Assembly: GCA_963805975.1 (NCBI GenBank)
Contig: CAWDVR010000006.1
Coordinates: 192,001 to 256,000 of the forward strand
DNA: 64,000 nucleotides
Reading direction: 5' to 3'
Origin: an uncultured Acidobacteriota bacterium
GTDB lineage: Bacteria > Acidobacteriota > Thermoanaerobaculia > Multivoradales > SZUA-115
The notes under the pieces are model-generated. The model saw only the letters and a list, made by a program, of their open reading frames with translations. It had not been told where the DNA came from and made no database searches. Numbering within the stretch: the stretch's first letter is position 1; every line of letters starts with the position of its first letter. The translations under genes were made by a program, and so were the position numbers. Positions 33,266-43,693 of the stretch are shown one piece after another.

Positions 33266-34281
33266 GCCGTCTGCCTCCACAGGAGCACCAGGAAGTAGGG
33301 CCCGCCGATCAGGGCGAGGAGAGCGCCCACCGGCAGCTCGACCGGCGCCACCAGGGTGCGTCCGGCCAGGTCGGCGGCGACCACCAGGGCGGCGCCGCCG
33401 AGCACCACCAGCGGCAGCAGGCGGCGGTGCTGGGGGCCGACCGCCAGCCGCAGCGCATTGGGCACCATCAGACCGACGAACCCGACCAATCCGGCGACGG
33501 CGACGGCAGAGGCTGCCAGCCAGCAGGCGAGGGCCGCGGCACCGAGCCGCGTGCGCCGGGCCGCGAGACCAAGGCCGCCGGCGCTCGCGTCGTCGAGCAG
33601 CAGCAGGTCGAGGGGTCGCGCCGCGAGGAGGGCCGCTCCCAATCCCAGTGCCACCGGCAGGGCCGCGAGCTGCACCTCGCGCCAGGTCGTGCTGTGGAGA
33701 GTGCCGACGGTGAAGCCCAGGAACTCCGGTGCCCGGTCGGCGTGGAAGAAGGTGAGCAGGGCGAGCAGCGAGAAGAGAATCGCCTGGATCGCCACCCCGG
33801 CCAAGACCAGCCGCAGGGGGTTGCCGGCGCCCCGACCGGCGGTCGCGAGGAAGACGAGCGCGACGGCGACGAGCGCTCCACCGAAAGCAAGCAGCGGCAG
33901 CAGGTAGAGATGGTTGGGCAGGAAGAGCAGCGTGGCCACGGCGGCCAGCCCGGCGCCGGCGGAGACGCCCAGTAGGCCGGCGTCGGCGAGCGGGTTCTGC
34001 ACCGCGGTCTGCACCAGGCAGCCGGCGGCCGCCAGGGCCCCACCCACCAGCACTCCACCCGCGACCCGCGGAAAGCGGACCCGCCAGAGCACGCCGTGGA
34101 GGGGATGGGTGGGGTCGGTGATGGCGGCCGGAAGCTCCGCGAGCGGCACGGCGACCGCGCCTTTGGACAGCGCGAGGGCCACCACGCCGATCAGAACCAC
34201 CAGCAGCGTCGGTGCGGCGAGCCCGGAGCGCCGGCGCAGAAACTCACGCCAGAGAGTGGCTCGAGCCACCCAACGGCTCAC
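33262..34281 (-). CDS. FecCD/IsdF-type ABC permease
   Basis: RFPRV, QNPLADAGLLGVSAGA, GFVGLMVP, ELPVG and GGPYFL. Confidence 0.93.
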   Translation of the reverse strand: MSRWVARATLWREFLRRRSGLAAPTLLVVLIGVVALALSKGAVAVPLAELPAAITDPTHPLHGVLWRVRFPRVAGGVLVGGALAAAGCLVQTAVQNPLADAGLLGVSAGAGLAAVATLLFLPNHLYLLPLLAFGGALVAVALVFLATAGRGAGNPLRLVLAGVAIQAILFSLLALLTFFHADRAPEFLGFTVGTLHSTTWREVQLAALPVALGLGAALLAARPLDLLLLDDASAGGLGLAARRTRLGAAALACWLAASAVAVAGLVGFVGLMVPNALRLAVGPQHRRLLPLVVLGGAALVVAADLAGRTLVAPVELPVGALLALIGGPYFLVLLWRQTA

Positions 34282-35105
34282 CGCGAAGGCTCGGCGAGCA
34301 GAGCGACCACGACCTCGGCGGCCTCCGCCATCCTCAAGCCCGGGTTGGTGGCGAAGAGGTGAGGATCCAGCACGTGGACCGGCACTTCGCCGTGCCCGAA
34401 TCGGGCCCAGGTCTCGCCGAAGGCCTTGGCCACCACCGCCGGGCTGCCATGGGCGAGCAGCAGCACGTGGTCCGGATAGCTCGCCGCCAGCACCTCGTCG
34501 GCGAGCTGAACGTAACCCGGCATGGTTTCCTTGCCGCCGGAGGTTCGCTCCGAGGGCACCCCGAGCCGCGCGAGCAGGTCGCCCAGCCAGGTCCGCGGCG
34601 TGATCAGCAGGAAGGAGCCCGGCGCGCCGAACAGCGGCAGCACGCTCTGGTGGCCGTCCGTGGACAGCGCCGCCAACCGCTTCTCGACCGCGGCGATCCT
34701 GCTCTCGAGAAGAGACTCGGCGCCCGCCCGACGCGCGACCGCACGCAACCCCTCGAAGGTCGCGGCCACGGATTCGGCGCGCACCATCAGCACCTCGGCG
34801 CCCATAGCTTCGAGGCGGGGCCGCAGCAGGGCGTGCAGGCGTTCGTCGGCGACGATGAGATCAGGCCGGGCGGCGACCAGAGGCTCGAGGTTCGGCTGGT
34901 GGGGGCTGCCGAGATCCACCACGGCTGCCGGCGTCGGTTCGTCGAGCTGCCGGCGGACCGCCGCGACCAGGAGGGCCCGCCCCGGCCACTCCGGCACCGC
35001 TTCCGAGACGAAAGGCACCAGGCTCGCCACGCGCAGCGGCTCGGCCGTCGCGGGAGACGCCAGCAGCAGCGCGAGAAGGCCGGGCAATGCTCTGCGCAGG
35101 CTCAC
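34278..35105 (-). CDS. IsdE-like heme ABC substrate-binding protein
   Basis: Signal peptide, GSPHQPNLE, GAPGSFL...TWLGDLL and PDHVLLLAHGSP. Confidence 0.85.
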   Translation of the reverse strand: MSLRRALPGLLALLLASPATAEPLRVASLVPFVSEAVPEWPGRALLVAAVRRQLDEPTPAAVVDLGSPHQPNLEPLVAARPDLIVADERLHALLRPRLEAMGAEVLMVRAESVAATFEGLRAVARRAGAESLLESRIAAVEKRLAALSTDGHQSVLPLFGAPGSFLLITPRTWLGDLLARLGVPSERTSGGKETMPGYVQLADEVLAASYPDHVLLLAHGSPAVVAKAFGETWARFGHGEVPVHVLDPHLFATNPGLRMAEAAEVVVALLAEPSR

Positions 35106-35524
35106 GCCGCCTCCTCTTCGAGGGCCAGCGGCTCCCCGGCGGCGAGCTCGGCGTGCAGAGTGAGAAAGCGCTCGAGGCGGGTCGCGTCGAAATCCTCTTT
35201 CGGAGCCCGGTAGAGATAGATCCTGAGGAAGGGCTCGGCCGCCTCCTGCTCGCGGAGCTCGAAGAACAGCACTTGGCGCCCAGAGCGCTGGTGGGTCTCG
35301 TCAGCCGATCGAAGATGGCGGAAGCGGGAGACGTCGAGATGCCAGTGGTAGGCGTCGGTCATCACGTTGACGTAGCCCTGGGTGATCCCCCAGGGGCCGA
35401 GGGCCCCGATCGCCTCGAACGTGCTGGGGCCGCTCTGCGTGATGATCCGCAGCGGCGAGAGCGCCGCCAGCTCGGTGAAGAACCGGCGAGCGGTCCAGGG
35501 ACTGTGAGCGCCGGCTTCCGGCAT
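35102..35524 (-). CDS. HutX/ChuX/HuvX-like cytosolic heme carrier
   Basis: 140 aa with LRIITQSGPSTFE, GYVN and WHL motifs. It is the first gene of the heme ABC operon and has an AAAGGAGG RBS. Confidence 0.75.
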   Translation of the reverse strand: MPEAGAHSPWTARRFFTELAALSPLRIITQSGPSTFEAIGALGPWGITQGYVNVMTDAYHWHLDVSRFRHLRSADETHQRSGRQVLFFELREQEAAEPFLRIYLYRAPKEDFDATRLERFLTLHAELAAGEPLALEEEAA

Positions 35525-35538
35525 GCGAACGGCCTCCT

Positions 35539-35597
35539 TTGAGAATCGATCTCAACAAAGACCGGACATTCTGGACCTCAGCGGTCCGGATTGTCAA
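35539..35597 (-). promoter_or_regulatory. Fur-like box and sigma70 promoter of the heme operon
   Basis: The inverted repeat TTGAGAATCGATCTCAA (35539-35555) resembles a 7-1-7 Fur box. Minus-strand TTGACA is at 35592-35597 and CAGAAT at 35568-35573. Confidence 0.65.
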
Positions 35598-35613
35598 GAA
35601 CGCCGGCGAGGTA

Positions 35614-38316
<2,703 letters not shown>

Positions 38317-38525
38317 GGAGGTGTCACCGTGCAGGAAGAGCGAACGGTCGGAGAGCGCTCGAGAGAGTGCCGGGGACGACGGTTCGCATCAGGGGAATAG
38401 GTTTGGGAGACTTCGGGACGGCGCTCCGGCGCCGCCAGAACGGAAACAGCATCGAGCCTAGCAGAGATTCCCGGCGCGCCCCGAGCGAGGAGACAGGCGC
38501 AGGGACGGTGGGACGGATCTGCCGA

Positions 38526-39404
38526 TCAGTGGTTCAGGTCTTCGGCCAGGATGTAGTTCAGCGGGTCGACCGGCGTGCCGTCCACGTGTACCTCGTAGTG
38601 CAGGTGGTAGCCGGTGGCGCGTCCGGAGTTGCCGACCGCGCCGATGGTCTCGCCACGCTTGACTCGCTGGCCCGGACGGACGCCGATCTGCGACAGGTGG
38701 CCGTAGCGCGTCGTAAGGCCGTAGCCGTGCGAGACGAAGATCGCCTTGCCGAGGCCGCCGTGGGGGCCCGTGCCGAGCACGATGCCGTCGGCCGGCGCGG
38801 CGACCGGGTAGCCGGCCGGAGCCGAGATGTCGAGCGCCGGGTGGAACGCGGAGCGGCCGGTGAACGGATCGCGCCTATAGCCGAAGCCGCAGGTGAGGAT
38901 GCCCTTGACCGGCGAGATGGTCGGCGTGGCCGCGATCCGCTCCTGCTGGCTCTCCATCCGCTGCTGGACCTCGTCGAGCTGATGACCGATCTGCCCGGCG
39001 CGGATCTCGACCGACTCGAGGTAGGACTCGTAGGAGTCGGACCCGGCCGCGAGATCGCCGCCGATACCGGCCTGCTCGGTCGCCGTCAGGGTGTCGATGC
39101 CCGCGGCCAGGGCGAGCTTGCGAGTGCGGTCCTCGTAGAGGCTGATCTGCTGCTGGAGGCGTCGGATGGTGGAGTCGAAGGAGAGGTTGGCCTGGCGGAG
39201 GGTCTCGTTTTCCAGTTGCAAGCGCTGGACGTCGTGTCCGGCCGTAGCGCGGTGCAAGTAGTACCAGAGGCTCGCTCCGGAGGCTACCAGGGCGAGCGCG
39301 AAGGTGGCCAGGCACAAGCGTAGTCGGCGGGAGCTAACCCGCCATTTATGCATCTTGGCGCGGGCATGCGGCACCAAGATGACGGTGTGATACCGATCAG
39401 GCAT
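38526..39404 (-). CDS. M23 family peptidoglycan metallopeptidase
   Basis: N-terminal TM and coiled coil, then HPALD and YHLHYEV motifs, upstream of secA. Confidence 0.9.
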   Translation of the reverse strand: MPDRYHTVILVPHARAKMHKWRVSSRRLRLCLATFALALVASGASLWYYLHRATAGHDVQRLQLENETLRQANLSFDSTIRRLQQQISLYEDRTRKLALAAGIDTLTATEQAGIGGDLAAGSDSYESYLESVEIRAGQIGHQLDEVQQRMESQQERIAATPTISPVKGILTCGFGYRRDPFTGRSAFHPALDISAPAGYPVAAPADGIVLGTGPHGGLGKAIFVSHGYGLTTRYGHLSQIGVRPGQRVKRGETIGAVGNSGRATGYHLHYEVHVDGTPVDPLNYILAEDLNH

Positions 39405-39456
39405 CTCGCGGTGTCTGGAGTACTAACCGTACGTTTCGATTGCTTCGAACTGCGGC

Positions 39457-39484
39457 ATTGTACTGGTCCGCGAGGAGATGTCAA
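39457..39484 (-). promoter_or_regulatory. sigma70-like promoter for the M23-secA unit
   Basis: Minus strand TTGACA (39479-39484)-N16-TACAAT (39457-39462). Confidence 0.6.
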
Positions 39485-39719
39485 ATGCTGTGCCACAATG
39501 CGGCCATCTTTCTGCCACATTCCCCGGCGGGTAGGCTGGCGCGTTTCCTGTCCCTCCTGGCGCGGCCGGAAGCACCCTATTCCTGAAGCGTCCTGTGTAC
39601 TGCTCCAAGAAGCCCCACCTCTCGCGGTCTTGACAAGCCGTGCGCACCTGCGCACCTCTTTCTCTCGTTATTTTGGTACCAGGTTCTTGTTACCAGCTAC
39701 CTTACCGAAGGAGAATTCG

Positions 39720-42700
39720 ATGCCTGATTTTCGTGTAGAAGCGTCCCTGCGAGGGGCCGCGCTGCTCCTCGCCCTGGCCGCGCTGGTGGCGGCAAGCCCG
39801 CTCGTGGCCGCGGATTTTCCCCGGACCGTGAGCTATCAGGGTGAGTCTCTCGACACCGCCGGACAGCCGCTCGGCGGCAGCCACGACATGACGTTCCGCT
39901 ACTTCGATCCCGACGGGAGAGAGCTCCTGGTCGAGACGATCGAATCCGTAGAGGTCACGGCAGGGCGCTTCGCGGTAGAGCTCGGAACCGGCACTTTCGC
40001 GAGCTCGGGGACCTACAGCTCGCTCGAGGCGATGTTCGCCGCCCATCCGAAGGTCGAGATGGAAGTGGTGGTGGACGGGCTCGCCTACGAGCCGCGCCTG
40101 GGGATCCTGCCCGCGGGTCACTCGCTCAAGTCCCGCCTGGTCGCCGCCGGCGTCCGCCAGGAGGAGGACAGCGAGGTGCACTGGAAGGGCTACGAGTCCC
40201 GCGGCGGCGCCACCGCCGTCCAGTCCGGCGTCCTGGCCCCCAAGGGCTCGCAGCCCCAGGCCGCGCTCGCCGAGGGCGCCGTCTGGCGGCGGCCCTACAC
40301 CCTGCCGGTGATCGGCCCGAGCTTGAGCCCCGAGGTTCGCTCGCTGCCCAAGGTTCAGCCGCGGCCGGCCACCCACGAGGCCAAGGAGATCAACCGGCCA
40401 CGCCACGAGGGCCTGTTCGACGAGCGGGGAAACCGCTTCGGCACCATCGCCCCGAAAGAGGACGACTATCTGGCCGGCGTGACGGGAACCTTCGTTCGCA
40501 CCCCACCCGTCTCCTCGAGCTTCGAGGGCGTCAACAATGTCAGCGGCGTGCTGCCCCCGGACACCGAGATGGCTGTGGGCCCGAACCACATCGTGCAGGT
40601 GGTGAACCTGGCCTTCGCGGTCTACAACAAGTCCGGCACGCTCTTGGCCGGCCCTTCGAACACCAACACCCTCTGGGCCGGCTTCGGCGGCCCCTGCCAG
40701 ACCGACAACAGCGGCGACGCGATCTTCCTCTACGATCGCCAAGCCGACCGCTTCGTGCTTACCCAGTTCGCGGTGGCGGCGGGCCACCAGTCGGTGTGCT
40801 TCGCGGTTTCGCAGACCTCGAACCCCACCGGCGCCTACTTCCGCTACGAGGTGGTGACGCCGCGCTTCCCGGACTACTACAAGGTAGGCGCCTGGGCGGC
40901 GGCCAACAACAACGCCTACTTCTTCGGCACCAACTCGGGCTTCCAGAGCCAGTACGACGTCTTCGCGGTGGACCGTGAGCGCATGCTCCTGGGCCAGGCC
41001 GCGCGGCCGATGCAATTCTTCCAGAACTTCACCAACCTGATGATGCCCGCCGATGTCGACAGCCCGACCGGCCCGGCCGCCAACGCTCCCGGCCTGCTCT
41101 ACAACTTCAAGGACGGCGGTGAGCCCTACTTCGGCAGCCCCGCCACCGACCGGCTGGACGTCTACGCCTTCGACATCGACTGGACGACGCCCGCCAACAC
41201 CACGCTCACCCTGATCGCGGGGCTCACCCCGGCTCAGGGCCTCGCGAATTTCAACTGGACGGTGTGCGGCTTCTTCGTTTCGAACTGCATCCCGCAGCCG
41301 AGCACGGCGCAGGGCATCGACAGCGCCTCGTGGTGGCCGATGCAGCGCCTGGTCTACCGCAACTTCGGCAGCCACGAGACCCTGGTGGGCAGCTGGACCG
41401 TGGACGTGAACGCCACCGGCAACCGCGCCGCGCCGCGCTGGTTCGAGCTGCGCAACACTGGCTCCGGCTGGTCGATCTTCCAGCAGGGCACGCACTCGCC
41501 GGACGCCGTCCACCGCTTCATGCCCTCGGCAGCCATGGACGGCAGCGGCAATATCGCTCTGGGCTATAGCCGCTCGGACGGCAGCAACTTCCCGTCGATC
41601 TACTACGCCACCCGCGACGCCGCCGACCCTCTCGGCACCCTGCAAACGGAGGCACTGCTCTTCGCCGGCACCGGTTCGCAAACTCACTCCGCGGCGCGCT
41701 GGGGCGACTACTCCTCGATGGAGCTCGACCCGGCCGACGACTGCACCTTCTGGTTCACCACCGAGTATCTGGCCACGACCAGCGCTTCGTCGTGGCGCAC
41801 CCGCATCGGCTCGTTCAAGATGCCGAGCTGCGGCGGGCCGGTGAACAACCCGCCGGCGGTCACGATCACCGCCCCGGCCAACAACTCGAGCTTCAACGTC
41901 GGCACCTCGGTCAGCTTCAGCGGCACGGCGACCGACGTCCAGGACGGCAACCTCTCGGCCAACCTTTCCTGGACCTCGTCCCTCAACGGCGCCATCGGCT
42001 CGGGCGCTTCATTCTCCACCTCGGCGCTCTCGCTCGGCACCCACACCATCACGGCCTCGGTGACCGACTCCGGCGGCCTGCCCGGCAGCGCGGCGATCAC
42101 CGTCAACATCGTCGACCCCAACAGCAACGGCCCGCAGACCGCGGTCTACAACGCCACCCGCGGCGCGCCGGTCTGCACCATCGCCGGCAGCTCCTGCACC
42201 TCGAGCACGCTGCTCAACGGCCGCGCCACGCTGGGCCCGGAGCCGAATCAGCCGAACACGCTCGACACCTGCACCGACGGCACCTCGGGGACCTTCCACA
42301 GCGACGAGTCGAACGACCGCATCGTGGTCTCGACCCTCGACGGCACGGACTTCGCCGCCGGCAAGACGGTGCGCATCGATGCCACGGTCTGGGCCTGGAC
42401 CACTCCCAGCTCGGACGCGCTCGACCTCTACTACGCCGCCAACGCCGTCACCCCGTCGTGGGTGTTCCTCACCACCCTCGTGCCAGGGGCGGCCGGTGCC
42501 CAGACGCTCACTACCACCTACACCCTCCCCAGCGGCACGCTTCAGGCCGTCCGGGCGCGCTTCCGCTACCAGGGCAGCGCCACTGCCTGCGGTACCGGGG
42601 CCTACGACGACCATGACGACCTCGCCTTCGCCGTCAATTCCGGCGGCGGTAACACCGCGCCCACGGTCGCGATCACGGCACCGGCCAACGGCTCGAGCTT

Positions 42701-43508
42701 CACGGCCGGCACCTCCGTGACCTTCACCGGCACCGCCAGCGACGCCCAGGACGGCAACATCTCCGCTGGCCTCGCTTGGACCTCGTCGATCAACGGGGCC
42801 ATCGGCAGCGGCGCCTCGTTCTCGACCTCGGCCCTATCGGTCGGCGCCCACACCATCACCGCCTCGGTGACCGACTCGGGCGGCCTGCCCGGCTCGGCCA
42901 ACATCACGGTGAACATCACCTCGGTGGTGCCGGTCACCGTGACCTTCTTCTCGACGGCGGCCGAGGACGGCCGCATCTGGGAGAACGGCGAGAACGGCAA
43001 TGTCGGCGGCGGCGGCGTCTCCGCCGAGAACCTCACCACGTCTCTCCGCGTCGGCGACACCGACGTCGACGAGCAGTACAAGAACATCGTGTCCTTCAAC
43101 ACCGCGTCGATCCCGGACACCGCCACCATCACCGCCGCCACCCTGCAGCTGCGGCGGGGCGCGATCTCCGGCAGCACGCCGTTCACCTCCCACGGTCCCT
43201 GCGTGGCGGACATCTCGACCGGTGGTTTCGGCGGCTCGGCGGCCTTCGCCTTCGCCGACTGGCAGGCGGCGGCGACGGCGACCAACGTGGCGACGATGTC
43301 GGCACCGGCTTCGAACGGCGCCGCTTCGACCGGCACGCTCTCGGCCGCCGGGCGCGCGGCGATCAGCAAGACCGGCGTGACCCAGCTCAGGGTCTACTGC
43401 ACGCTGGGAGACAACGACGACCTGGGCTACGACTACATCGGCTTCTATGCCGGCGAGAACGCCACCCAGGCCAACAAGCCGCAGTTGACGGTGACGTACA
43501 CGCCTTGA
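39720..43508 (+). CDS. Large secreted multidomain surface protein (paralog A, 1262 aa)
   Basis: AAGGAG RBS and a signal peptide. Domains in order: SYQG..G.F.VELG N-domain, PPDT...RWGDYS domain, two Ig-like repeats flanking a Cys-containing insert, and a C-terminal DNRLRE/CBM96-like domain. Confidence 0.85.
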   Translation: MPDFRVEASLRGAALLLALAALVAASPLVAADFPRTVSYQGESLDTAGQPLGGSHDMTFRYFDPDGRELLVETIESVEVTAGRFAVELGTGTFASSGTYSSLEAMFAAHPKVEMEVVVDGLAYEPRLGILPAGHSLKSRLVAAGVRQEEDSEVHWKGYESRGGATAVQSGVLAPKGSQPQAALAEGAVWRRPYTLPVIGPSLSPEVRSLPKVQPRPATHEAKEINRPRHEGLFDERGNRFGTIAPKEDDYLAGVTGTFVRTPPVSSSFEGVNNVSGVLPPDTEMAVGPNHIVQVVNLAFAVYNKSGTLLAGPSNTNTLWAGFGGPCQTDNSGDAIFLYDRQADRFVLTQFAVAAGHQSVCFAVSQTSNPTGAYFRYEVVTPRFPDYYKVGAWAAANNNAYFFGTNSGFQSQYDVFAVDRERMLLGQAARPMQFFQNFTNLMMPADVDSPTGPAANAPGLLYNFKDGGEPYFGSPATDRLDVYAFDIDWTTPANTTLTLIAGLTPAQGLANFNWTVCGFFVSNCIPQPSTAQGIDSASWWPMQRLVYRNFGSHETLVGSWTVDVNATGNRAAPRWFELRNTGSGWSIFQQGTHSPDAVHRFMPSAAMDGSGNIALGYSRSDGSNFPSIYYATRDAADPLGTLQTEALLFAGTGSQTHSAARWGDYSSMELDPADDCTFWFTTEYLATTSASSWRTRIGSFKMPSCGGPVNNPPAVTITAPANNSSFNVGTSVSFSGTATDVQDGNLSANLSWTSSLNGAIGSGASFSTSALSLGTHTITASVTDSGGLPGSAAITVNIVDPNSNGPQTAVYNATRGAPVCTIAGSSCTSSTLLNGRATLGPEPNQPNTLDTCTDGTSGTFHSDESNDRIVVSTLDGTDFAAGKTVRIDATVWAWTTPSSDALDLYYAANAVTPSWVFLTTLVPGAAGAQTLTTTYTLPSGTLQAVRARFRYQGSATACGTGAYDDHDDLAFAVNSGGGNTAPTVAITAPANGSSFTAGTSVTFTGTASDAQDGNISAGLAWTSSINGAIGSGASFSTSALSVGAHTITASVTDSGGLPGSANITVNITSVVPVTVTFFSTAAEDGRIWENGENGNVGGGGVSAENLTTSLRVGDTDVDEQYKNIVSFNTASIPDTATITAATLQLRRGAISGSTPFTSHGPCVADISTGGFGGSAAFAFADWQAAATATNVATMSAPASNGAASTGTLSAAGRAAISKTGVTQLRVYCTLGDNDDLGYDYIGFYAGENATQANKPQLTVTYTP

Positions 43509-43515
43509 TCTTGCC

Positions 43516-43547
43516 CGCGCGCGAGGCGTTGGATCGCCTCGCGCGCG
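43516..43547 (+). terminator. Strong hairpin between the two paralogs
   Basis: CGCGCGCGAGGCG-ttggat-CGCCTCGCGCGCG forms a 13-bp perfect stem with no U-tract. Confidence 0.5.
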
Positions 43548-43693
43548 CTGGTCGCGAGCGATTGAGATTGCTCGCCAGCACAAGCGCCCCTGCGGGACGG
43601 GGAGCCTTACTCTCCATCCTGGCAGGGGCGTTGATGGCAGCGAGGCGTTGGAACGCCTCGCTGAGGCTGACACCTCAACCCAAGGAGGACTCG

